A DNA stretch of 63,313 nt, counting the filler, from Klebsormidium nitens (taxonomy: Eukaryota > Plantae > Klebsormidiophyceae): NCBI GenBank assembly GCA_000708835.1. It is 7 parts of 7 records of this genome, joined end to end, with 100 filler letters (N's around TTAATTAATTAA, not from the genome) between each part and the next. Parts side by side here need not be neighbours in the genome. Positions count along the whole stretch, not along the records: positions 10,275 to 33,258 come from DF237883.1; 6 more parts are not named here. One strand, 5' to 3'. How positions within the stretch are numbered: position 1 is the first letter of the stretch; every line of letters starts with the position of its first letter. The translations under genes and the position numbers were made by a program. Positions 11,380 through 24,040 of the stretch are shown here, piece by piece. A model generated the notes under the pieces. That model searched no databases and was not told the DNA's origin. It saw only the letters and a list, made by a program, of their open reading frames with translations.

Positions 11380-12865
11380 GATGTGGGGAGGGTAGGAAAC
11401 CGCTAGAGAACAGGCTGCTGAGAGTCCTTCGCCGCGTTGCCCTCAAGCTGGTTGAAGAGTGGTGAGGAGTGCCGTCTTTACTTGTTCTTTCCTTTTACAG
11501 GCTTCATTTCCTATGTCTCCAAACTAGACATCATTCCAGCTAGCTGGGAGCGCGGTAGCCGCGCGCGTCCCGCGTGGCCGCCAACATGAAGCGCGCTTGC
11601 GCGCGGCCCGCCCTGGCCGGCTCATGCACAATCAGTTAGTGCATGGCACATATCTACGCGTGCAGCGCCCATAGCATCTGCTGTAGCAACGTCACGGTAC
11701 CCGGCCTGCACACCATCCGCAGAGGGATCACCTTGCATTGAAGTCGCGCTGCGGCTTCCTTGTTGGCAAACGAGAGGGCGCGCTGGCGCAGGCTCCATTT
11801 TGAAGCATATTCTTTCATTGAGAAAGGATGTGGGCGCACGCGGAGACATGTTCAGGACACATGTGCAGGTAAGCGCAGGTGCGTATCGCAGAGGCGGATA
11901 GCTCACACGGGAGCTTGCATCAGCTGTATCACCCTTCTCTCACCTCCCAACCAGGGCTGCAGCAGGTGTAGGAAACTACTGCTGAGGACAAGCCAGGCAT
12001 AGTCCTTTGTGTGGGCCCAGTATCCTTGCAGCATGGCCAGAAGGAGCCAGTGGCCATGCCAATAGGCGTACATAAGCGATGTGATTTGGAGGTGAGGAGC
12101 AATGTAGATTTCTTCTTTCCTCGGTCTCCTGCAGATACATTCCAGCTGCCTTTTTCGGGTGGCATCCGATGACATAGATTCTGAGCAGCTGTTTTTGGCC
12201 AGGTCGGGAAAGTACACACTTGTGCTTTAATATTATGGCAACAGCTAAGACTCTGATAATCGGCAGTTGGTATGTTTGGCGCACGACCGCACAGTTCCGA
12301 CTCGATGTCTCAGATGAGAATCTCGAAAGCTTGCAATCACTATTTTTTGGCTTTTGCACTCTCCCAGGATTATATTGCTGGGTTTTATCCCACGTCTCTG
12401 CTATTGATGCTCTGACTGCTCGTGCATGCTAGCAGATAGATCCATTCAGAGTCCCCCTTGTCTGAAGCATCATGGTATGAAAGATAGCCAAACACATTGC
12501 TGCATCAATGGTTGCTTCCTGGATTGCGCAGTTGCTTTGCTTGATCCATGAGCAGCCGCTGAAGGACTTTTCACCACCCTTACTGTGCACTGCAATCTGA
12601 GACCTTCCGCGAGAATGTCTAGAATGCAGTGTCAACTATCACAGGAACAATCAACTGCCTCTCTGCCTGCAGACTGACTGAACTGAAGAGGAGAGACCCT
12701 GGTGACCCTACACCGGGAAACTACAAGATCTATCAAACAGTAAGCATCAAATGCTAGGGCTCTGACTACTTTGCATCATTACAGTTTGGGATCGACTTGG
12801 CATTGACTCTTGTGAGGAAGGCGGCAGGGGTTTCTGAGAAGCCAGCCGATATGTCCTGCATTCTA

Positions 12866-13222
12866 CCTCAGAGAGCGGGGACAAGGAGAATCGGTATCGG
12901 ACGGAAGCCAAGGCTAGGGCCTGTTGGATTTGCGGTTATGTCAAACCAAAATTGGAACTCTCTGGTTCTGAAGCGTCAAATCCTGTAAGAGTGGTAATAT
13001 CCAACGGCTGAGTCTACATTCGAGTAATCACTCGAATGTAGACAATGTGGTTTCCAAACGCATCCCTAGTTTGCCGTCGGATGCTGTGTAGCTGACATTT
13101 GAACGGCCGATGGTTAACAAGAACATGTAGCAACCTAGGCTGACGTCACTGTTCAGGGTTCCAACAGCCCCTAGCCTTAGCTTCTGTCCGGTACCGATTC
13201 TCCTTGTCCCCGCTCTCAGAGG
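12866..13222. repeat. 357-bp element bounded by 63-bp inverted repeats (MITE-like or hairpin)
   Basis: 12866-12928 versus the reverse complement of 13160-13222 shows 5 mismatches. No target-site duplication was found. Confidence 0.8.
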
Positions 13223-15889
13223 TTTAGCGAACAACGCATGCCAATCCATATTTGTTGAGTGTCTCATCCTGGTCATGAGGGCGGCAGGCCATCGGAGTTC
13301 CCGGAATGACAAAAACATTCAATTTGTAGCTATGCCCTCTGTAGCCGGAGCCTTCAAAAGCTGCCAACCACAACTCTGGTACCATCTCCGGTGCTCTTGA
13401 GAGTATCAGTTCATCAGGATTCCTCATGATCAGACAAAGGGTTGCTTGCTAGGACAGACATAAGCCAAAAAGAAGTGTGTGAATAAGTGTCTGACAGCAC
13501 AGCCCTGACGCATCGCAGAGGTGTTGTGCTCATAGGAGGCAGTGTGCATTCAGAACTACGCGGAAGGAGTAACTGCCAGTGTGAAAAGCCCCTGATTGGT
13601 CTCCGTGGTGCAGTGGCTTGCTGACATCATCCTCCCTCAAGACTGAGCGTGAGAATGGACTAAGGGCGCTTCGACCTGGAGATTTTTATGCAGAATGAAG
13701 AGTGTCATGGTGCATCCCGCACTTATGGCTCCCAAAGTGAGTAGTGCTCTGAAAATCTGTTGAGACATGTTCTCACTCTTACGTCGCCCTTTCACTTCCA
13801 ATTGAGCCATGGTTTTCTTGGAGGCTTCCATGTGAGAAGATTTTACTGCGTAATCTCGGCAAGCGTTATCCTTCCTCTGACATTACGCACTCATAGTGCT
13901 GCGACTCGCATGATCAGACAATGGGCTCTGAGATCTGCTTATCTGCTTCTTAGCTTCTGTATCGCGCTTGCGGACGGAAAGCCAGTACTTGGCCCCATAA
14001 CGATGCCTTCGTAAGTTGAGTCCTGCCTCCATAACTTGTCTACGTTGCATTTGTCATGCAGTTTATCCCAGGGTACAAGCCTTGACGTTAAGTAGAATCA
14101 GGCCCTGTCAGCAGTATTGCATTCTTCAGAACTGTCTAGTCGAGTAGGCTTTCGCAATGGATGATCTCCCCGATTAGGCGGTTTTCCTTGCATAGCTATC
14201 GGCAGATAATCTCTGTACCGAGAACATCCAATAAATCGAAGCTTTCTGAAGTATTGCCTCGTCAGAATCGGTGATAGTAATCAAGGCTATGGCTGTTGTG
14301 ATTTGAGCAGTAAAGCCGTGTTTTCTTGTTTCTCATCTGGTTCGAGGACTCCTTGTCTCTTGTGGCTCTTCCGAAAGAAGAAGCGCTGAAAAGGTGGTTG
14401 AAACATCAGCCCTTAATAATGGGGTGGATGTAGCGGCGAAAACGGCTGTTGAGATTAATGCTTGGTGCTTTCAGTCTTATGTGCCAATCTTCTTGCTTTA
14501 GTTGTCTCGTTCTCACATACGTGAGAGCCTGGACGAGAAGTGAACCCTTTTGAAACTTTCTTCCTTGATAAAGCCCGCTTTTTGCTGGTACTTGCACTGG
14601 AAAACCTGCGTTGTGGCGTTCGCTACGTGTGCTATCTACGGCAAGAAGCTGTTTCACCCCTTTACGGGATCATACCATGCTCGAATCTACCTGCAATTGC
14701 TACCTTTCTTGTGCTTTCATATATGGCGCTTAGTCTGGCTCTTTGATGGCGATGAAAGTAAGAGACGTTGCCTCCGGCAAGGCAAGCTGTACTTCGTCCC
14801 CGAGCCACAGAAATGGAGCTACGTTGACGAGCAACGCACAAATCGTTCACCGTTCGATCCTTGCTGAATTTGTTCTGTGGCGTTCTGTCATTGAGAAAAC
14901 GACACTGAACCGAGGACATTCTATACCCGGCGCTTTGTCTTGCCAGCATCGATACGAAACATTTGCTTGCAAGGTGCCGTGTATGGAAAAAGTGCAGATT
15001 CCTTCTCAACTCGTTCCTCTTTCGTAAGGGATCTGGAAAGAGCGAGCTTCACGGCGCGGCTGTGAAAGAATTAGGTGTGGTGTCTTGCAAAACCCCCCCT
15101 TCCCTGCTTCTCTTGGAGCCGTCCATCGCTTGTGTGACAACAGAGCTTTGGCGTACGTTTGTGCTTGGGAAGATATTGTGGCTTCTCTATGTATCTGGCG
15201 CGATTCTGCACGCCATCTATGCGATGCGTACGTTCTGCATTGACGAGTGACAACTTGCAAATGGGCTATTTTAAGCCCTGGAATGTGGCACAAAATTGGG
15301 AGCATTTATCAAATGCTCTTGGCGGGTCCGTCACTCAAGTTCGACTTGTTGAGGCAGACAGAACTTGAAGTCATCATTCTCCCGAGCACTGCTAAGTGCC
15401 CGGCTTCTTGCTGAATACTCTCTCCTGTTGAGAGAAGGTGGTTCAGCTTTTACTTTTTCTTCATTTGACGCGACCTGCATCCGTCAGTCGAAACTGCCCC
15501 CTGTGCTTTCGCCTGCCCGTTCTAGTTGGTGCTATGTCCTCACCCCTTCAATTTGGATTTCAACCAGGCTTGCTTGACATTTGCTGTCAGACTGCTTTCT
15601 AAGTGTGCCACAAATTTGCAGCGTGGGCCTCTGGGTTGTCTGGAGGAAATGGTTTCTATGCAGGGGTTGTCATGCTCTCCTTTCTTAACCGTAGTCAACA
15701 TGAACCGCAACTTTCAGGTGAACCTAACGGTGAAAGGATTGTGTTTGGAAGCAGTGGTTTAGACGACCCACTTTTAGCAGGGCTTTTCACCCATAGCTAA
15801 TGACATTGACAAGGAGCTGAGATCCGAACGGCCAAACCTTATGGTGTAGCTATAGAGCATTCAAAGCTTCATCGTTTGCCCATGCGACT

Positions 15890-18800
15890 TCCGGTCAAGC
15901 TCACGAAAGCGGATTTACCTGCTTGATACAAGAGTTTTTTAATGCGGGGCGGAAGAGTCTGGTCTCCTGTCTTCAGAACGTTACTTCGTCAAAGTTGAAG
16001 CTACATGTATAAGAGCGTCAGCCTTGCCACTTGACTCCATCCAGAACATTCTCAAACCGAATCTTGTGACATGTTACAAGCGAGTGGGAAGAATCCTCAC
16101 TTGGTGCGCTGTACTGTGCCACATGTTCCATGTCGTGGACTGGCAAACCCGCTCTGACCCGCTGCCAGATCGAGTAGCTCTCCTGCACCTGGTTTGGTCG
16201 TGCTTGAAGCCAACCTACTCTCAGTCAAGCACACGAAAAGCGGATCTTCCTGCTCACAACAGAGTTACCTATTGCAGCCCAAAAGACTCTTGTCTTCTTC
16301 TTGTTTCAAGCACGTTGAGAGAAGGCTTGAAGTACGGTACATACCCTTAGTCCTGCCTTTTGGTTTCAACACGTGAAGTCTTAGGCGATCTCTTGACATC
16401 TGACAAGTGAGTGGGCAGGAAGAATCCTCACTTGGTGCGCTGCACTGCAAGTACTGCCACATGCAATCTCTTGGCCGGTGATCTGTGGCCCGCGGTAGGC
16501 CGAGTGGCCCCTCTGCATTCTCCTTCAATTCTTTCTGCTCATTAGAATCGTTGCGTCTGCTTCGTTGTGATAAACCCCTTCTCTACCCTGTGTTTATTCC
16601 GTCTTACTTGTTCCAAAACTTGTGGAAGGTGCACGAACACTCTCTATTTCGAAGCACGGGCCAGGAAGAAAGGCAACATTGGTGGCTGCGTCGCAGGCGG
16701 TCAAATCAACGCCGGGAAAGAGTTTCTCCGTGAGCCGTGCATGCGGGCTACTTTCGTCGACGAGGCCATTCTTTCCTTGGCCTCGGTTCCCGCGTCCCAG
16801 GCTGTCACTTCGTCCGCTACTGTAAGGTTCCTCATTCCTGCTTAAGCTGTTCGTAGCTCACCTTTGCCTGTTACTGCCTGAAGCTATAGGCGTCTCGAAA
16901 ACTGCTGTGTAAGGTTTGATTCCCAACAGACGCTTTTGCAATGCACTCCTCAGTCGTGACTATCCTGCCATTGAAACGGTTGCGGCTCAAGCGCAGCCCA
17001 TGTTCGAGCCGCTATGGATCCTTCCTCGAGCACCGCTAAACTCTGGTTGAGTCCTCCCTAGCTTCGAAGTTGTCCGAGGGATGTGGACGAACCCAGTATT
17101 GGAAAGCGCAGACAGGAAGATTTTGACCCTCCTTTACATTTTCGTTTCTCTAGGCATTAGGAGTGACACGATTTGCAAGTTAGTTCATTGGATTTGGAGG
17201 ACCTGCAACGACGGCTGTGACGTACTTGCATCTGAGAGTGGGCGTCTCTCAAAGCAAGTAACTCCGACAATTCTGATGCTGCCAGAAGAATGTTCGACAA
17301 AGTTAGACCTTTAGATTTTTCCTTCTCACAACCCGTCCATGTTCCTAGCGATAGTCCATGTTGCTCGCGCTTCCCTTTGAATTGTGCCAAGACTCAAGGT
17401 TTCCGGTGTTGCCGGTAGGAAGACGGCAGGCTGTTTCGATTCAAAATGCATATTGGCTTCGATATAATATATACCCCCTTCTCAGGGGCTTAAGCAAGCT
17501 GTCCACCAAGTGATCGCGTTACTTTCAATCAGGATGTCTGCTGACGTAAAAGTAGAAGCTCATTGGTAACGCGCGAGTCACTCCCAGGGTTTGGCTTTCC
17601 CTAAGCTGACCCCATCTTTTTTAGAGATGGCTGTGACGAATATTCCTGTGCGGGAGCACCCTTCCAACCGAATGCGCCCACCGGTGATATGGTCACTGCT
17701 TGCAACAAGCTTTACTGCGCATAATCTTTATCTCTTAGTGGCGAACACCACTACTTCATGGGCTAACGTGTGCTCCAAACGCATAGATTCGCGGGCCTGC
17801 TGTGCTATCTGATTTTAGTCAAGTACATATTTAGCAAGGTTCCCTGGGCTTTGACTGAGGTCTGAGCGGGTTTGATCTTTGCGGACCCGATTTGCGGCGC
17901 AGAGGGTGTTCTGAGGGCTGTGATCAAATCTCGTAAAGCGGGAGCTTCTCGCAAGAACATGCACCATGACGCCACCGCTTTTCCAATCATCCTTTCTATA
18001 AGTGCGCGCGCGCTCCTGGCCTCTTTGGCTGTCATTTCCGAGTCGCTACATTCAGCTGATTTTGTTTCGCGGGTTTTTGTCTGGCATTAGGCGAAGGCCA
18101 GCTTTGAGTAGAAATTGCTAACGGCTTGCCGATGGCCCTGCACAAACGGTACTGAGTGTGTCATTCCGTAAAGTTTGAGGGAAAGCTTGAATTACATGAC
18201 CGTCAGTCCTGCTATTTTTCTAATCACCAACAATCTCAGAACAAGTTCTTATGACATGTTGCGTCATCTAGAACGAGTGGGCAGGAAGAATCCTCACTTA
18301 CTTGGTGGACTGTGCTGTGCCACATGGTTGAAATCATTGGACCTAGTACTGGCAGTATTCTGACCCGCGGCCTGATCGAGTAGCTCTCCTGCACCTGCTT
18401 TGGTCTTGCTTGATGCCAACCTACTCTCCGTCAAGCTCACGAAAAGAGTGACTATCTTCCTGCTTGATAACATGCACCGTTATCTACTGTAGCACGGAAG
18501 AGTCTGGTCTTCTTGTGTTTCCGCGCACGTCATTTCGTTATAGTTGAGAGAAAGCTCAAAGTACACGACTTCTGAATTGTGGCCCTTGGTTTTTCCAACA
18601 TCGATCTGAAAAGAGTGCGGAATCGATTGAGTCAAAAGCGAGTGGGCAGGAACATTTCTTCTTGCTGCGCTGTGCTGTGCCACATGAAGTATTTGGACCA
18701 GCAAAATTTTGACCCACCGCCTAATTGAGTAGCTCTGCGGCATCTCCTTCACTTCTTCCTGATACAGTAGAGTCGCGGCTGCGTCTGCTTTTATGGGATA

Positions 18801-21800
18801 AGCCCACCGATTTTGTTGTGTCGCCCTCGTGTATTCTGCCTTAGCAGTTTTTCCAAAATCTGTGGACGGCAGAAATATTTTCTCTCTTTCGAGCACGGCC
18901 AAGTAAACAAATAACAGCAGTGGCCAAATCGCAGGCGGTCAGTGCTCTCACGCAAATCGCTTGAGCCGTGTTGCTATTACGGATAACGAGTTAAGTCTTT
19001 CTTTGCCTTCATTCCCGCGTCCCAGGCTGTCAGCTCGTCCGGCCAAAAATCAGCGACTGCTTAAGCTGTCGTATTTTGTTTTGTAGTGTTGGTGCGCAAG
19101 CAGTCTACGTTTCAGAACCTGTCCTGCACTGATAACTCAGTTTGCATCACAGGCTTCTTCAAAGCTTGCAGCGCACTACACAGTCGTGTCAATCCTTCCG
19201 ATGAAATTCAAGTTGTGCCTTGAGCAACAACCCAGACCCAAGCGGCCATGTGTCTCTACGCGAGCACCGCTTATTTGATTGAGTCCTGACGTCGGTCAAG
19301 GGTAACATCGCCAGAGAGCACTGGGCGTCCCTGTATGAGAAGTACCGATAAAAATTCCCCTTCACCTCCTTCCTTTTTAGGGCATTGGGAAATTTATTTA
19401 TTGCATGGTAGTTCGTTGGGGGACCTGTAACGACGGCTGTGACGTGGTAGATGCATCTGAGAGCAAGCGTTTCTCAGCAGCGGGTCCAGACGTTCCTCTG
19501 ATGCCGATTAGAAAAAGCCCAATCCTTTTTGCTGGTCAAAAACAATCTTAAACGGCTTCAATTGGCATGTTACAAGTGAGTCAGCGGGCAGGAAGTATCC
19601 TCACTTGGTGCGCTGCACCTGCTTTGCAGGTCTTGCTTGATTCCAAAATATTGCTCCCAGTCTACGACACGAAAGCGGATCTGCCCGCTTGATACAAGAG
19701 TTGCTTATCACAGCGCGGAAGAGTCTGGTCTGGTCTTTGTTGTTTCATCACACGTCATTCGTCACAGTTGAGAGAAAGCTCGCAGTGAATGACCCGTCAA
19801 ATTGTGGCCCTTGACTTTGTCACGATCAAACTCAGAAAGAAACTTGAACGTGTCAAAAACGAGTGTACGTGGGCAGGAAGAATCCTTGCTTGGTGCGCTG
19901 TGCTGTGCCACAAAGAGCCTTCTGGCCGACAATATTTTGACCCACGGCCTACGAGTAGCTCTCGTGCATCTTCTTCGATCATCTTGATGCATCTGTTCTG
20001 GGTTGCTGCGTTTGATTAACCGTGATAAGCCCACCCTTTTTTCACCGTGTCGCCTTTCTGGGCTTCGCCTTACTGGTTGTTCCAAAGTTGTTGAATGGCG
20101 CACATATTCAGTGTCCTTCAAAGCACGACCGGGAAGAAGACAACGGTGGCCGAATAGCACGCGGTCAGTTGACTTCAGCCAAAAAGCTTGTACGGCGTAT
20201 GCTACCTTAGGTAACGAATCCGTTCTTTCCTTTGCATCGGTTGCTGCGTTCTAGGCTGTCAATTTGTGCAGAGATTGGCAAGTGCTTCAGCCGCGTTCGT
20301 TCTCCACTTTCGACTTTACTGCCGCAAACGGGTTGCCTTAGAATGTATCCTTCAGTGTACGATTCGATTGCAAGAATGCATTCAAACGGTTGTGTTTTAT
20401 TCTTTGCGTATTCAGTGTAGCCCAAACTCGAGAGGCTGTTCACTCTTCCTTGAGCACCGCGAACGTCCGGCTGAGTCCTTACATGGGCCAAAATTCTGAT
20501 CGTCCGGGAGCTGCGGACGACCCTGCATATCCGTCAAAACAGCGGACATAACATCTGTTGATCTCCAGGCTTTCAATTCCTGTTTCTAAAAGTGTCAGGA
20601 ATATGTAGGAATACCACTCCGCGACTTTGTTGGAGGACTGGTAACGACGGCTGTGACGTGGATGCATCTGAGGGTGGGCGATTCTCAGGATCCGATCGAT
20701 TCCACGTACATTCTGATGCCGCCCTGAAGAGTTAGACGATCTGGTTTTCTCGCCTTTAGAAACCGTCCATGTTCCTTGCAATCGCCCGTGTGCCTTGCTT
20801 CTTTCAGATTTTGCGGAGGCTCAAGTGGCCGCTCTTTGCGGGTGCGGCGACACCAGGCTGCTTCAATCATTTTGGTTTGCATCTTGGCTGTCACAACGCG
20901 TCCCTCTCAATAACTCGGAGACAGCTGTCTCCCAAGCGCATGTCTCGTTCAACCGCTGTCTGACATTGAGAGTGACATTGAGAGTGTAAGCCACACAGCA
21001 AGGGGTCGTCTGGCTTCGACTCTCCTTTTGAGTGACATCCATTTCCAGAAGAGGAGGGCGTTTATGGCTGTGACGGTTCTTCGTGTACTCGGAGAATTTC
21101 CTTACTGCTGCTTTTCACCAACCTGATGCCACCTGTGATTTGGCCATCGACTGCGACAAAGGTTACTGTGCCTCTGGTTCCTTGGCGTCTACTACATGAA
21201 TGGCTCTCTAAACTTCTTATCAGTGTAACTCCGTAAAGCCGGATCACCCGGCCGGCTGTTCGGTATGCCTGAGGAGATTCGAATCCAGCCAGCGAAGGCT
21301 TTTCTCAGGGCTGTGATTGAACCTCGTGACGTGGGAGCCTCTCCCACGGACATTCTTCATGATGCCAACACTTCTCTTATGAGTGCGTGCGTCTTTGGCT
21401 GTCACTTCGCCGAGATGAGCCTCGTTTTGGGCCGTAGGATCTATCTGGCGTTACGCGGAGGCCTGGCAGCTACGTTTGGACATTGCTCGCGGCTTATAGC
21501 CGATGGGTTTGTCGGTGAGCTTTGCTGTCGCAGCTCATGTGTCTCTAGATCCATTACAAGTATGTATCTTACAGTAAGAGACCTGAACCGCCAGTCGTGA
21601 ACTCGGACGTGCAGATTGAAACCTATTTGCAAAGCTCCATCGTGGGCCCATGCATACTCTCAGCCAAGCACACGAAAGCAGGATCTACCTGCTCGATACA
21701 ACCGTTATTTACCGACGTGCAGAAAGGATTTTTCTCCTTTTGCTTTCCGCACGTCATCGCGTCAGGGTCCGAAGAGAGCTGAAAGGTGTATGACCCGCAG

Positions 21801-24040
21801 TCGTGCCACTTGATTTCATCGAGAAGAATCTTAAATGAGATTCTAGCTTAGGACATGTTACAAGCGAGTCAGTGGGCAGGAAGAATCCTCACTTCAAGTG
21901 CGCTGTACTCTGCCACATGGAGCTCTTCGACTGGCAATATTCTGACCCGCGGCCTGATCCAGTAGCTCTCCTGCACCTGCCTTGGTCTTGCCTGATGCCA
22001 ACCTACTCTCAGTGGACTATACGAAAGTGGATCTTCCTGCTCGATACCAAAGTTCTTTTACGCAGCGCGGTAATCTAATCGTCTTTTGTTTCCATGCACG
22101 TCGTTCCGTCAAATTTGAGAGAAAGCTCAAAGTACATGACCCGTCAATTTGTGGCCCTTGACTTTGTCACGATCAAACTCAGAAGAAACTTGAACGTGTC
22201 AAAAGCGAGGCTACGTGGGCAGGAAGAATCCTTGCTTGTTGCACTGTGCTGTGCCACATAGAGCTTTCTGGCCGGCAAATTTCTGTTCCACGCCCCTAAT
22301 CGAGTAGGCTTCCTGCATCTTCTCCAATTCTTTTCATGCATTTTAAGTCAGAGTTGCTGCCTGCGTCTGCTTTTCTTCACTAAGGCCGGCCGCCTTTATC
22401 ACCCCGTGTCGGCCTCATGTGTTCCGCCTTACTAGTTCTTCCAAAGTCTGTGGACGGTGTGTATAATTCCTCTGTTCGACAGCACGACCAGGAAAAAAGA
22501 CAGCGGTGGCCGCATTGATCGAAACGGTCAGTTAAATTCCGAAAATGACCAACTGGTTGAGCCGTGCACGTTGCTCCGGATAACCAGTCCGTTCTTTCCA
22601 TTGGCTCGGTTGCCCCGTTCCAGGCTGTCACTTCGTCCGAGAATGAGCAACTGCTTAAGCGATTCGTATCTCACCTTCGACTGTGTCTGCTGTAAGCGGT
22701 CGACGGTTGGAAAACTGTCCTGCAATGTAAAATTTACATCGGACCAGACGCGTCTTGCGATGTACTACGTAGTCGTGCAGTCTGTTCTGCTATTAGACTG
22801 TTGCGGCTCGAGCGCAGCCCAGTTTCGAGCCGCTACCAATCCTTCCTCGAGCACCGTTTATTCTGAATGTGTCCTTACATTGGTCAAAGATAACATATAT
22901 CGTCGGATCGAGAGTTGTGGACGACCCTCGATCAGAGCAGCTGAACGTAAACTCCTTTCTCGACCTCCTTCTCTTTGTGATTCTACAGTGTCGTACATGG
23001 GAACAACATTCCGCTCTCTTCCGGAGGACCTGTAACGACGGCAGTGACGTGGATGCATCTGGGAGTGGGCGTTTCTCAGAGGCACGCAGCCGTTGTATTC
23101 TGATGACGCCTGAAGATCAACCAACTTAGACCTTGAGGATTTTCTCCTCAAGAACCGTCCCCGTTACTAGCAACAGTCCGTGCGCCTTGCTTTTCATTCG
23201 TTAAGCGAAGACGCCGGTCTCCGGTCTTTGCTGGTGGGAAGATTGCAGCAGGTTCTTTTGACTCGAATCCTATATTGATGAGGCCTTCCTCTCAAATTCG
23301 CTCGGATCAAGCTGTCCCTCTCAAAAACAATTGAAGCAACCTCCTCCCCACTGGCAAGTGACGGCCTAGATAACTCGTCAGAAAATAGATGGATGCCGCA
23401 AGAGTAGAAGCGTAATAAGGCGCGAGACGCTGGGCTTTGGCTTTTTCCAAGCCGACTCCATCTTTGTCGGAGAGAGCATTTGCTATGGCTGTGACGAATG
23501 TCCTGTGCGGGAGCATCCTCCCAACGGTAGATCGTGCCATCCGGATGCCACCGGCGATTTGGTCACTGCTTGCCACAAACTTGACTTTTTAAGTCTGCAT
23601 CTTTACATATGAAGGGCTGATGTGTGCTCCAAACTTGCAAATTCGTGGGACTGCTGTTCTGTCTAGGGTTAGTCGAGTATCTATAGCAAGGGTTTCTGGG
23701 CTTTCGTTGAGGACTGGGCGGACTCGATCTTTGTGGACTCAAACTGCGGCACGAAGATTGTTACCTGGGCTGTGATCAATGCTAGTGCTGTGGAAACCTC
23801 TCCCAAGGATCTCTTCGGGTGTCCAGATGATGCCATCGCTTCTCTGAATGTTGTCTGTGGCCTATCGTGTATTGCTCCAATCCCCTTTGGCTGTCACCTC
23901 GCTGAAATTTCACGTAAGGTTCCATTTTGGGTCGTGATAACTTGCCTCGCTTTAGGCGAAGGGCCAGCTTGGGCTAGAAGTCGTTTGCGGCTTTCTGACG
24001 TACGCGCGCGCGCGCGCGATGCTCTGCACAAAAGGTGCTG
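15890..24040 (+). pseudogene. Tandem array of four diverged, pseudogenised copies of a ~2.3-kb coding module (copy 2 truncated); each copy opens with an internal ~290-365-bp doublet
   Basis: GTGGGCAGGAAGAATCCT-like anchor at ~16082, 16409, 18275, 18640, 19585, 19869, 21871 and 22215. ACCTGTAACGACGGCTGTGACGT-like anchor at ~17201, 19423, 20637 and 23028. Further shared blocks occur in the same order. Stops and frameshifts are present throughout. Confidence 0.8.

Noticed and set aside
11620-12700. Minus-strand fragments (e.g. HWLLLA) as a Ulp1-like protease or transposase remainder
   Set aside because: No catalytic Cys or Asp motif could be assembled, and there are too many frame breaks.
15890-24040. 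Regularly recurring conserved motifs as a CRISPR-like array
   Set aside because: The sequence between anchors is itself homologous between copies, the units are hundreds to thousands of bp, and variation follows a codon pattern.
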